Shown piece after piece: positions 38,803-51,856 of a stretch of 64,000 nucleotides of DNA. The DNA is from Seison nebaliae (Eukaryota): the NCBI GenBank assembly GCA_023231475.1, contig JALJEE010002086.1, forward strand, positions 1 to 64,000. The letters are read 5' to 3'. A model generated the notes under the pieces. It worked only from the letters and a program-made list of their open reading frames with translations, searched no databases and had not been told where the DNA came from. Within the stretch, counting starts at the first letter, position 1. Every line of letters begins with the position of its first letter. Position numbers and translations under genes: made by a program.

Positions 38803-41435
38803 AGAGAATGAAGATCAGAGTAAGAAGAATAGAAAGAAGAAAAAGAAGAAGAAACAAGTTGAAAAGAAATCTCGGGAAGATAAACAACTGAAAGATTTGA
38901 AGATTTATGTTATCTAAATTTTGTAAGAAAAAATGTTTTCATTCTTTTTTTTGACAACAGCAACAACTCGCCAATTTCGTAGCAGCAATACCATTTGTAT
39001 CTGATTCGGTGACATTCTCTGGAATGTGTGACATTTGGAGTAATTGTGAAGTTTAACTATTTAATGTTTCATCATAATTCCTCATAATTTCTGTCATTAT
39101 TAGCAATTCTTCCGCATACTCGTAGGAGACGAGGAGGAACATGCACTTTTACTTCTCAATTACTTCTTACATTTGGGGAAGGATGCTTATCTCTTATTCG
39201 GTTAGTAACAAGAACAACTTATATGAATTATCATTCTCTCCAGTCACAAATAATTATGAAGTTGCACTTCCTTATGTTCTTCTTCGGAATGACGAGTCAT
39301 CTAATTCCGATATCGTCATCTGGAATGCAAGAACAGCGACATTTCTTTATCTTGAAGACTGTCATATTTCAAACATAAAGCAAATCCATTTTCTTGCCAA
39401 CGCCAAAAATGTAAGTGAATGAGTGTCTCTTTAAATTTTGTCTGTATCCTAAAATTGTCATTGGAAGTGAATTCGTATTAACTGTCTTTATTAACTCGTC
39501 TCACTTATTAGTAGAGTAGAATCGATTAACAACAAAATTTTCATCTCAACTTTACTAATAATTTAGGCAGCTCCATCTCCAGCGAATTTGCAACGGAGAA
39601 TCTATTGAATCATTATCGGAAATTGTATAATGACAATTTGGAGGAATCACAAAATGTGATTTTAGAGTCGTTGAAACAACATTGTTATTTGGAGGAAGTG
39701 GAACTATTACAACATGGATCATTAGTATTCGATCGCACGTTAGTTATGATGCGAATGACTTCGGATGAATATGAAATCACTTCCAAAATTCTCGCCACCA
39801 ATTTCGACCATTTCAAAAAGGATCGACGAGAAAACTTATCGTCTATCAACGAATCACAATTGACAGAAACGGCAACCGTTTTACGTAAATACTTCAAAGA
39901 GGAATATGAGAAGAAAAAGAATCAGAAATTATTCTCACTACCAAACATCGATTTGAAAAGGATAAATAAGACAAAATGGAGTTCGGAAACATGGAATACG
40001 ACAAAATGGAACGCGAAAAATTGGAATGCGAAAAATTGGAATCTGAAAAACTGGAACACAACAAAGTGGAAGGATCGAAATATAAAAAATCTTTTCTCTC
40101 TCGAATGGCTACAAAACTATCTTTATTCGTTAACTACGAGAACCGCTCGAAAGAAGAGGGAAGAAATGTCCTCCTATTTCCCCACCATTGCTGATAGTGA
40201 TACTTTTGGGAAATTCTCTCCTTCTGATTCTACAACATTCATTTATGACGATGACGACGATGAAGATGACGAATCAGAACAAGTTTATTATTTCCGTCCA
40301 AATAACAATCGAAATCGCAATTGGAATAATAATAATAATAATAACAACAACACTTTGAATATGTTTGATAATGATGATGATTTTGATTCATACATTTCCT
40401 CCACACCTTCACCATCACATCGTTTTCGCAATGAACGGTTTAGATCGTCTCTTCACGTTAATAGAAAACCGTCAAATATGATACATTTAGTGAAATATCG
40501 TTGGTTATTTTTCGACGTGAAAACAGGTCGATTGTTAACAGAAGATACTCTCATCTCATCACTTCGTCGTATATTCTTTATAGCTAATGCAAGTAATGTT
40601 CGTGCTTCAAAAGTGCTCATCTTTTAAAATCTGATTTTTACTTCTTTATTTCATATTCATTAACATCACTAACTATTAATTTTATCATCACAACTTCAAT
40701 GGATCGATAAAACATAATTTTTTGTTTGAACAGATTTGGGCGAACATCCAAGTACATGATGATCCGAATGATGTTAATTTCAATTTAAATAATCCTAAAA
40801 TGTGGCGACCATTCTTCACAAAGGATTTGACCAAACCGAAAGATCTCAAAAGTATTCAAGTTTAATTTGATTTAAATTTATCGAATTTATTTCTAAATTT
40901 TTCTAGCCTGATCATCTGGAATATTTCCTAACATCTGACAATTATGTGAGAGATATCGAGAATAAAATTGAGAGATGTTTACGAGAAGAGATCATGTCAT
41001 GGAGATCCAATCAACCAACTCGTTGGCATTCTTACACTTGTGAAATTCTCAGGAAACTTTTAGTCAAGTTATTTTTTCTTTTTCATTCGATTCTTCTATA
41101 ACTATTCGTGTTCCAGATTAGACAATTCGAATAAACGTCTTACTCCATCCCAATATCCGAAAGATTTGAAATCATTATTCTCTTCATATGAAGTTTGGGA
41201 GAAAATTTTCTTAAAATTTCTTTTCATTTTAATTATTCATATTCATTAGATTACTGGCGTTCCATTTCACGTACCATATTCCGACATGGAATCCATCATC
41301 GAACTAGTTCATTCATCTCAAATTCATCAGACAACCAACGACGTTCAGTTCGCCATTGCTGTGAAAGTACATTCTCATCTCTACAACAATATTGTCAGTG
41401 TGTGGATTTATGTGGCGACGCTGGTAAAATTGTAG
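32679..41435 (+). CDS. CC2D2A: Coiled-coil and C2 domain protein 2A (MKS6, ciliary transition zone), ~30 exons with alternative exons
   Basis: [87 protein letters not shown] and terminal VWIYVATLV. All are joined by short GT-AG introns. 5' exons are less certain. Confidence 0.92.
36926..37462 (+). other. Putative cassette exon (537 nt, phase 2-2) in CC2D2A
   Basis: Open frame between an AAG acceptor (36925) and a GTAACT donor (37463). Skipping gives MPNIR/TLGLRL, colinear with the conserved protein. Confidence 0.6.
39244..39410 (+). other. CC2D2A mutually exclusive exon A (167 nt)
   Basis: Phase 1 in, phase 0 out. Ends [23 protein letters not shown], donor GTAAGT. Confidence 0.75.
39567..40597 (+). 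other. CC2D2A mutually exclusive exon B (1,031 nt)
   Basis: Same phases as exon A. Ends [23 protein letters not shown], donor GTTCGT. TACTAAT lies just upstream of its acceptor. Confidence 0.7.
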
Positions 41436-41573
41436 AATGAATTCGAACAGATATTTTAATTAATAAAAACGGTTTCTTGTTAAAAATGAAATAATTTCTT
41501 AATTCGCAAAATTTGATTTGTTCGATTCACCGACTTCATGTACAGGAATGTCATACTTTTTCTCTTGTCCCAC

Positions 41574-44235
41574 TTAAGTTTGTTCTTCATTCATTCTGAT
41601 CTCATCACATTTTTTCGGAGTCTCAATCAAATTACATGTAACTCGAAAATATTTGAGAAAATGTAAAATTTTCCAGAGAAAATCGGGATCAACTACAAAA
41701 AGAAAGAATGAATTGATGATGGTAAGGAATTGAATTGATGAGAGAATAATTAACGTGGCTTTGTCATACGAAAATGGTAATGGAGTAGTTGTAACATTTG
41801 ACTATTGATGAGATGATACAAACGTGAATTCTTTAACGTCTCATTTCCTGCAAAACATTAAGTTTCTTAATGATCGTTTAATAATGAATGAATGAATGGA
41901 ACCGTAATCAAATACTGAATAGATGAAAATGATGGCCAGATCTCCATCACTCAAATGCATATCATTCACTTCGTTATAGAGAGAATAAATTAGTGAGAGG
42001 AAATTGGAATAAGGGAAATTGTTGAGGAGATTCCTAAACGAAGAAGAATGAAACAGATCATATGAGAAGAATTCATAATTATTTCACCAACATTTGAATG
42101 AAAGAATTGTAATTAAAATTGAGGAACATATCTCGATTGATGTCGACAAGTGCTAAACAGTTCAAACTGAGTAGTGAACGACCGGCTATCATAATAAACA
42201 TAATGGATGTTGATAGGGGGGGAATAAAGGAAATGAACCTTCATTAAAAATCATCAATTTCTCTTCACATGATAACCGAGAGAATTGTGGAATACAAGTT
42301 CGGAGGAGAATGGAAGCACTTCGGAATGATTGTTCTTTCAACTGAATGAAATTGGTGGCAAACGTCTCCACATAATTCGGTGTCAATTCATTCTAAATTT
42401 TAAATTTTAAAAATTTTTAATTTATTGAAAATATTTAAAAAATTTATCCAAGAAATAACTTCGGAATTGATGAAATAAGTACTTCGACCAGTTAAAGCTG
42501 CTCCAATCGAACTATAACTGATTGGTGAATGGTCGACATATGCTTGCATCATCTGCAAACGAAGATATTCCAATTGTTTCAAACATCGATCATTCAATGA
42601 ATTATATCCCAAATTAGCCAATTGTAACAATTGATGAGAAATTGGAGACGTATTTTTCGCATCAATCTTTTCTTTGATTTCCATCATTCTTTTAATACCC
42701 ACACTCTTGAATGTGTCGTTAGGAATGAGATCGGTGAGTAAATATTTCGACCAAATCTTGTTACTATTATTGAAAGTGAATTGAGATGGGACTGTATTGG
42801 AATTATGTAATTCCATCGATTTGACATGACGTTCTTCTTTCATTTCCATCATATTCTCATTATTCACTGTTGATGTGGTGGTAACGGAGGAGATGGTGGA
42901 AGGGACGGATTGATAAGGAGAAATATTCTCAATTTGAATTGTTAAATTTTCTTGAGGAATCGATTTCAATTGATTGGATGTCATAATTCCCATTAATGAT
43001 GATGATGATGATGAGACGAAAGGAATTGAAGGACTCAACAACATTTGTCCATTCGACCAATTAGCATTGACAAGTAATTTATCTTTGAATTGTTGCGATT
43101 GTTGGAATTGTTGAGTTTGTGGAAATTGAAAAGAATGTGATCGATATTTCTCCGTACCATCATCATTTATATCGAATGATGATTTCTCATCATCTCGTAA
43201 CATCTTCTTTATTGGGGGACCATCTTTTGTGGTTTTTGGACGACGTCCCAATCGAGATGCTTTTTTCGACATTCCAACTTCAATACATTTCTTCCAACGA
43301 CATGATTGACAACTGTTTCTTGTGGAGGGAGTGATGGGACATTGATGCTTATGAGAACATTCATGATTAATACCTTGAGTGATACAACGACGAAAGAATC
43401 CTTTACATCCTTCACATGAATAAACACCATAATGATAACCGGAAGCTTCGTCGTTACAAATCTGACAGAAAAAAGTAGAATTGTGTGGCACTTGAGCTCG
43501 TGAACTCAAACTCGATGATCTTTGATATGGTTCTATTTTCACTTTTTTCTCCTCTTCTTTCTTATCTACTATTGGAATCTTCACTTCATCAGAATATTCT
43601 CCATCAAATCTTATCGTTTCTTCACTATTCTCCATTTCATCTTCTCTTCCGTCTACTACTTTCTCATCGATCTTTTCACCATTATTCTCCTTCGTTTTCA
43701 ACAAATGAGGCAGATAAACATAATTCTCATATAATTTATTCGTTCTCTCATTCATCATCACATCGTCACCATTCGACGATGTTACATTCATCAATTTTTC
43801 CTTTAATTGTTCATTCGATAATTTCTCTTCGCTCATCACTTGTCTAGTGAGAACTTCTATTAATTTATTAAATGTATTACCATTCGTCTTCGATGGTGAC
43901 TTATCTTTTTGGTTTGAATCATCACATTCTCCACTTGTCACTAAATTCTTCTTTTCATTTTTTTCGTTCTTCTCATTCGTCACCAAATTCGAGAGTTTAT
44001 TCTTGAGAATGTTATAGATGATTGTACAATTCTCGGAATTCGAACGTTCATTCGACGGATTAACAGATGACCAACTCGTCGATCTCGATGACAATGTGTC
44101 ATCCACATCACAGCCACTGTCCACATCATTCATTCTGGTGAGTTGTCGCAAATCTTTCGATCGAAGTACCTTCTCCTCATTCTCACAATTTATTGGTTGT
44201 TCTTCCAATGATAATTTGTTGTCTTCCAACATCAT
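41574..44235 (-). CDS. Nuclear hormone receptor, NR1-type DBD with divergent LBD, ~6 exons
   Basis: C4 fingers CQICNDEASGYHYGVYSCEGCKGFFRR..RNSCQSCRWKKCIEVGMS..RLGRRPK. LBD signature IPQFSRLSCEEKLMIF and LSDGDLAII are rebuilt through introns 42393-42459, 42186-42238, 42034-42091, 41848-41902 and 41693-41754. The 3' end is less certain. Confidence 0.88.
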
Positions 44236-45709
44236 TCCATCAATTTCCTTCCAACTTCAAAAAAAACACTAAACAACACACCTATCCACAACGTTCATCT
44301 ATAATGGAGAAATTGAACGTTATTGAAAATATATTATGAATGGAAGAGGAATATCTGGTTGACAGATCGTATTAGTTCAATGGAAAAGTGAAAATGTTCA
44401 TCAATAACAGGAAGTTTCTTTCATATCTCTCTCTCTCTCTCCATAATGGAATTAATATAATTCCTTCCAATTCAAACATCGAATGAAAAAGACAAAGGGA
44501 AAATTTATATTTCACGCTTCTTCTTTCTCTTCTCATACAAAACGGATAGATATCAATCCAATTTCATTGAAGGAACTTTTTTGTATTTTACTAATTACTA
44601 CGATAGCGCAGTTTATTAACGAATTTGATATATTAATTAAGTTCGAAAATATCTTAATTGTTTAACTTGTTAGGAAAAGAAACGTTTACGAAACAAAATA
44701 TCTTCCAGATAATTGTCGATATGTTTCATGGGAAAAGTGGATGGACATGAAGAAGAAAACGACCAAGTTGTCAGCAGATATATAGAGAGGGGAAAAAGAG
44801 AGAGAGAGAGAGAGAGAGAATATAATTCAATTCTAAACTCGAATAAGAGAGAAGAGTTCAACTAATTGAACTTCGTCACATCTAGAGAGCTGATCCTTGA
44901 AAACCACTTTTACTATGAAGGGAAAAATGATAATGATGTACAGATAGTTTTTGGGAAAATGAACTCTCTAACGTTTGTGGGCAGTCATCGTCAAATCTTA
45001 CTCTCAAATTCATAAAAGCAGCAGAATTTATGACTTTTAACAATTCAGATTTGTGAGATAGAACAAAATCCAATCGATTCATGTCACCAAAGAACATTTC
45101 CAAATTTTACGAATAAATTCTGGAAAAACATATTCCAAAATTGGTACTTTGTAAAACTTTGAGAAAAATTCATTAAAAACTAATTTGGGCGTGCTAAATT
45201 TTTAGTTATTACATTAATTATTAGTATTATTATTAATTAGTTAAATAATTGTTCAAAATTTTTGTTGAAACATCTGATGTGAACACTTTTCAAGAATAGC
45301 ATCTTTGAACAATGTATAGGAGTTTCATGAATTCTGTTCGTGTTCGTTCGGACAACACGACTCGTAACCTAATTTTCTCAATTTCGGACAGTTCTCAATC
45401 TTTTTTTCTATAAATATTTATTTTTTTATGTGAAATTCCCGTCGGGATAAATTGAAATTTTTGATCGATCTCCGGTCAGTGGTAGGAGATCTCTACGTTG
45501 CGTGAGATGTGTGTCCCATCGTTGTGGCGTTGGGAACGTGCATAAACCACTGTGTTACACACGCCCCAATATAACTCTATCGCGGTGCAGGGTACGTTAT
45601 TTCGCAAATATGCGTGGAACGTGCAATATATAAATAAATAAATATAATATAAATAATTTTTATATAGGGTTACAATCTGTCCGGTTACCATTAAAGGAGA
45701 GTTTAGGTG

Positions 45710-45787
45710 ATTTGGTAGACGGGACTATTTGGTAGACGGGACTATTTGGTAGACGGGACTATTTGGTAGACTGACCATTTGGTAGAC
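45710..45787 (+). repeat. Minisatellite: five copies of ATTTGGTAGAC, mostly as 17-bp units with GGGACT
   Basis: Cores start at 45710, 45727, 45744, 45761 and 45777. Confidence 0.9.
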
Positions 45788-48700
45788 TCCGTATGGGAAA
45801 TACATGTAGATATTTTCTTATTACACATTTAAATTGCTCCAAAATTTTGGATCATTCAAAAGGATTATGCTCATTATAAATACGGTTGATTGAATTGAAA
45901 CGATTACTAATCTTTCTCCTAATGACCAAACTGGCGAATTGAGAACTTTATTTAGAAGTATTTATTATTTGTTAGTTTATTTTTAATCATCGACATAGTG
46001 ATCTTTGATTGTGTTTTTGGGATTGGACTAAATGTTCTTTGGTTATTTGATGTTCAAATTCACGATCAGGACGATGACGTTATCGTCAGTAGATGGATAA
46101 TGAAGAACATCGTTTTCTCAATACTTCTTCTTAGGAAATATTATGAGAATAGTTTTTCTCCCCAGTCAATTGATGTCATCAAACATTTGTTAACAAAATG
46201 AACAACTTTCAATGACATTAAAATCATGTTTTTTTTTGAACTTCAAAAATAAGTAACATATTTTTAGATAACCGATTTATTCAGATTAATAGTGAATGTT
46301 GCTTAACTTGAAAATGAAATGCGGCGGTCCTTCTCACCATTTATTTTTTTGTATAATAATTTTATTTAAATGTAAAAATATTTTGAACATTTGACATAAC
46401 AATTAAAGAAATATAAAAAGATGACATCTAAATCTTCCGACACATTTATTCACTTTTCAATTGAAGAAAATTTGTTTTCGACTTTTAAAAACTTTTTGTT
46501 AGACTTGAATTGATGAAATCTGTCTGATTTGTTTTAAATAATTCAAGGAGATAAATAATGTGATATAATTCTTCATCTAATGTCGACAAATAAAAATGTC
46601 GTAATCTGAAGGACGACAGACAAAAAGACGAAGAAAGAAAGAAATTGAACTCAATTTTATAAATGTTTTTTTATATTTAATTTACACTATATCATTTATT
46701 ATATTATTTTTCATTAAAGTTTGTTGAGTTGTGTTCCAAAGTAATAGTGACTGTGAATTTTTCGTAATAGAGTTTGTTAATGCTATGGAGTAATCATAAA
46801 TGCTTTTTAATAATTTCTTCTTTAGTCAATTCATTCTGTAGTGAATTCTATGCGATTTTCCCGCCCATTTCAACGTTTATTCTTGTCGATCGATCGTGTC
46901 TACAATCGTCTTATCAGGAGATTAATCGGTTGTTCACAATAACCGTTCTCTGCTTTTCGCAACAATTGGTCTCGTGCCACTGCCGATTCTCTTCTGGCGT
47001 CGCGTTTTTACTCGTATCGACAAAATTTCGGAATCGAACTTCTACACTTCATATATTTCCAACATGAATCATTTTTGATAATCACTCAGTCTTTAGTCAT
47101 ACTACTCGATACTACGATTTATCTCGCGATATTCTTCTCCAAGATTTCAGAAATAATTGATAATGTAGTTATAGATTCTACATTATCAATTATTCAAAAC
47201 TTCAGAATTCAATTCATCATTTTATATTTTTACACACATCCTCTTATCTTTCTATTAGTTTGCAATTTTGATAAGTTATCTTTTAAAACTTTCTTCTATC
47301 AACTAATTTACTAGTTGTATCATCGCTCTTGTATCAAATCCTATCGAATTCTTTTTGTAAGTTGTCTTACTTACAAATATATCGGAAGTCGTAGTTATAT
47401 TCCAAACTGGAGAACAATCGCTTCGTAGTAAAAATTGTGATGCTATGCTAGATATAGTTCGATAAGGGAAAGATTATGAATCGTTCATAATGTCGCGCTA
47501 ATAACATGAAAATTTTTGAAGCTCTTTTTTTCAAATAACGAATTGACAAAAATGATTTAAAAAGGATAACAAACTGTTCAGAATATTATTATGAGGATGA
47601 CGAATCAACCGAATTTGTTCAAAAAAATTGACTAAAAACTATGAAAGATGGTGACTAAATAACCGAAATTATATAAAATATATTAATGTAATATTTAGCA
47701 ATAATAATGTATTTAAAAGTAAAATTAAATGACCATTTCTAAGATTAATTTGGAATAAAAAAATTGTCCACTTCTTCTCTAGTTAAATTGTTTAGTGTAG
47801 TAAAATAAAAGGTTGACGAAAAACAGCGAATTTATTAAAATTAGAAAACAAGCTGGTCGATTCAGAAAAAATCCGATTCCGTGTACTGGTTTAAGAACTT
47901 AAATTAAAACATAAAAATGATCTAGGATCAAATTAGAAATGGAAAATTTGATGGAAGTTTGTGAGACCAAAATTGAAACTGGTTCAACGAGATAATGAAA
48001 TGAAATTAGATATGACCATTTAATTACGAGTTAACAGAGGTGGAAAGAAGAAATATCTTTCAGAAACTTCTCCTCACCTAATGGAAAATTGGAAGAAAAT
48101 ATTATTAGACATTCTCCATCGGAATTCTTCACAAAGAATGAGAAGAAAAGTGACATGAGAATGAGGAAGAAGAAAATTTTATGGAGAAACGCAAATTATT
48201 TATTTTTATACAAGTTCTCTTTTCGCTTCACGACTAATCGCGTTAGAGTTGCACGACTTTTATTTTGGTCTACAATGTCCGGTTTTTTTCGAGAATTTTA
48301 ATGAACTATTTAATTTGCATATGACGCTATACACGAATATTTGATGAGTTCAGTTCCATACTCCTTTAATGATGATTCAATATTCTGAATTATCATCAAT
48401 TATCAGTCACATAAATGACCAATGTCTATTTCGATGTTCTCCAATCACCACTCTGCTCTCCATCTTTCAATTTATTTGAAACTTAATAACTTCGAACGAT
48501 CATCTTCAATTGAATTAACTTCAAATTAAAAAGGAAATTTTGTATTCTTTTTAACCTGGAAAGAATTTGAGACTTTTCGAAAATCGTACTAAATATTTAC
48601 AATTAACACGTTTCTAACAAGTTTGACTTACAGTTTGTTAGAGAATATAAAATACGTTTGTATACTTCGAATTTAAAAGAAATCTATTTTATTTTCATTA

Positions 48701-51700
48701 TCATCGTCAACCTCATCATTCTGATCCTCATATTAAGAGACTCATAATTAGCATGGTTATTAGGTATTAGAGAGGAAGTGCATGTGAGGAAGAGTGGGAA
48801 CATATGCTCCAGTATCATCATTGCTCTACTTGGTCACCAGTTGGTCATGGATGAAGGATGTTACGGAAAGAGATTCAGAGAGTAGCAGTAAAAGTGAAAT
48901 GAAGAAGAAAAGAAGAAAACATCATGTTTGATATTGATATCTCAAATTTATTACATTTACGACAATTGTGATTGTTAGGAATGGGGGATGTGTTGACTTG
49001 TTTTATTATTTCATTTCGTCAAATAATTTTATTATTCTCATGAATGGAATGCATTCTACACTACACTTTCATCTACTAACAATTTTAAGAAAAATTAGAA
49101 GAGAATTGATAATATTAGTATAATATTATGATGATATTGTTGATGGAGGTTAATATGATGTGATATGAGGACACATGCACTATTTGCTTGAATCAGATGC
49201 TTGTTGTTGTTCAAGGAATCATTGTCTCTTCTAGGCACGAGGTGAGAAGACGGAAGAGAATAAATATGACATTTCTATCAATTAACTCATCACGATATGA
49301 TTGTTATGTCGCCTTCATCATTTGCCAGTTCCATTCACAACATTTCTTACGTTTCGATGGAATATTTCCATAAAATAAAAATTCGGAGTTATACGTACGA
49401 AAAATTGGTGAGGAAAATCTCTTTCTCTTCCACACACAATGCCATACCCTCAAATATCTTTCGTTTTTCGCACATCGCTGACAAGGTTATCTCACGCACT
49501 TCTCCATCAGTTGTTAGTGATCAATGTCGGTAGTTAGATTAATGGAAACTCGCCACTCTGTCGTCAAGGAATCGAACAATGTAAATGAGAATTAACTTCT
49601 CGTCTCCTCATCATTTAAATATCATTCGTCTTCATTCAATAACTGGTCATTGGAACAGTTTCGCTTAATCTGTTTTGACGACGACGTATTATGAGATGGA
49701 AGACATGTGATTTCCATGTTTCATATAAAAATTCTCCAATTTTTTACTTATCGATTCAGCCGACTACTTATTATCGACGGAACGCGAGTGCAATTATTTC
49801 TCACCTAAAATTTCTTTCCTTAATAAAATTTATATGTCGATAAAATCGAAATTAATATTCTCATTAAACAATTAGTGGTCGAATGGTCCATCACAATATT
49901 AAATCCATTATATCACCCACTCACTCACCCAGACACACTTTCGTATACCCGCGCCGATCAACTGAGACACATACACATATACATACACCACAATAATTCC
50001 ATAAGAGATCATCATTTTCTCATTAAGTATTACGTCCGTCCACCATCCGCTGCTCTCCATCATTTATGATATGAGGAACTTATTCGACGAATATTCCACA
50101 TGGATCTTTCCCATCGTTCCCATGTAAACATTAGAATGAATCAAAGGTGGAAACAGGAGAAGTGTTGACACCAATCTTATCATGTCATAAACGGCATGAC
50201 TTGTCAATTCGAACTTATTTCACAATTGACAATTTTTGTCATTCGATTCGAGAACTCTCATGTTATTTTTAAATATTACTTTTATAATGCGAATGAGTTT
50301 TATGCTATGTTCATCGTCGACACTTTTGTGGTATATCATCGTTATATTGATAGACCGCCGTACTACCGGGAGAAGTTCATTGGATTCCGATGGAATTCTT
50401 ATAAGGAAGGAATGAATGTCATTCGGAAAGATCGATGTTTCTGATTCTTACATTAATTCATAAACTTTTCTTCTAAACATACGCCTAGAAAACCGATATA
50501 TTTGATGCTAACATTATCAGTCAGAATTCCCTTGAAATGATATGAGAACGTTATTGTTTTCTTCCGGTTCTCCGACTAGTTGTTCCACCGATTCATTATT
50601 TTTTACACAATTTTCATCATATCATTTAGTTACGGTTAATTTCACAACCTTCAACTTTCAATAACGACATCGAAATATACATTTCCATCAAATAATTTCC
50701 CAAATAACATATAGAACGTTTTTGTACCGATTTTTTTAGGTACTCTAATCTCAATTACCTCCATGCCAACTAACAAAGAGTTATGTGTCAGTATTCCATC
50801 GATCAAGAGTGTGGTTTTTTTCTTTGCTTCGTTATTTGATGTATCTTCAGCGGATGATTATGACGTTCCACTTTATGAGACGATTACTTTGGAAAATTAG
50901 TGATGATGAAAAAGTAAACGCAGTAAACAACCAACAATGCCCCTAACCCGCCATTGAATAAATTGACGAATAAATTGAGCTCAATTGACAACTCCATTTT
51001 TTGAGAGGTTGAGATGCACAGTTGTAAAAATAAGAAGGAAAACGTAATGTTCGCCAAAGTCCTCTGTAAAATAGAATTGTTCTTTCAATATTTAATTGTC
51101 CGTTCCATTATAATCAAATGATGATAACGCGTTTTTTCCAATTGATATCTTCACTACGAAGTTCAGTTACGAGATGAATTGCAGTGAAGAATTTTGTTAT
51201 TTTACGTTATTCGATATATGAACGCGAATATCCATTTACATACAGGACAACAAAAAAGCTCTGGGAGAGAAATCGTTAGTGATGATAATGATATTTTATT
51301 TACAATTCCTCCTCCATCTGTTTTGTCTATCAAGTATAAATATCGTATATGAGAGAGGAAGAAGTAATGAATGAATTTTCATCGTATTCACATGGAAATG
51401 GTAGGAAGGAATTGAGCGAGACGCATCGGTCTATATGTGTGGACGGGGAATGGAATTATGAGTTAATGACTAAACGAAACTATTTGTAAATGAAAGCAAA
51501 TTTGTGGAAATGGTGTAATAAGGGCAAATAATCGGAGAAGGAAAAGAACATGGTTAACTTGTTCAAATTTCCATAAGAAATTTATTTTCAGTTTCGGATG
51601 AAAAAAGAATGAAAGCAGAATTGGTAATTGAACACCATTCATTTTACGTTCCATCAGTCGCTTTCATCAAATTTCTCTTTTAAACATCAATCAAAAAAGA

Positions 51701-51856
51701 TGAGTCTCATCATTCTTCTAAATAATTTTTATCGTCATTCACTTCTTTCTATCAACATTTCCATCGTAACCAGACATCTTTAAACGAATGTAATGTGAAT
51801 CAAGAGATCGAAGGGAAATCATCTGATATTTTAGAGACGTCCAATTCAACAGAACG

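Noticed and set aside
32679..41435. Stop-codon reassignment or frameshifting to explain fragmented ORFs
   Set aside because: Every break is resolved by a short GT-AG intron under the standard code.
45710..45787. Repeat array as a CRISPR
   Set aside because: 11-bp cores with 5-6 bp, mostly identical linkers, eukaryotic context and no cas genes.
46700..47500. Possible decayed coding sequence on the minus strand
   Set aside because: Frequent stops and no recognisable domain.
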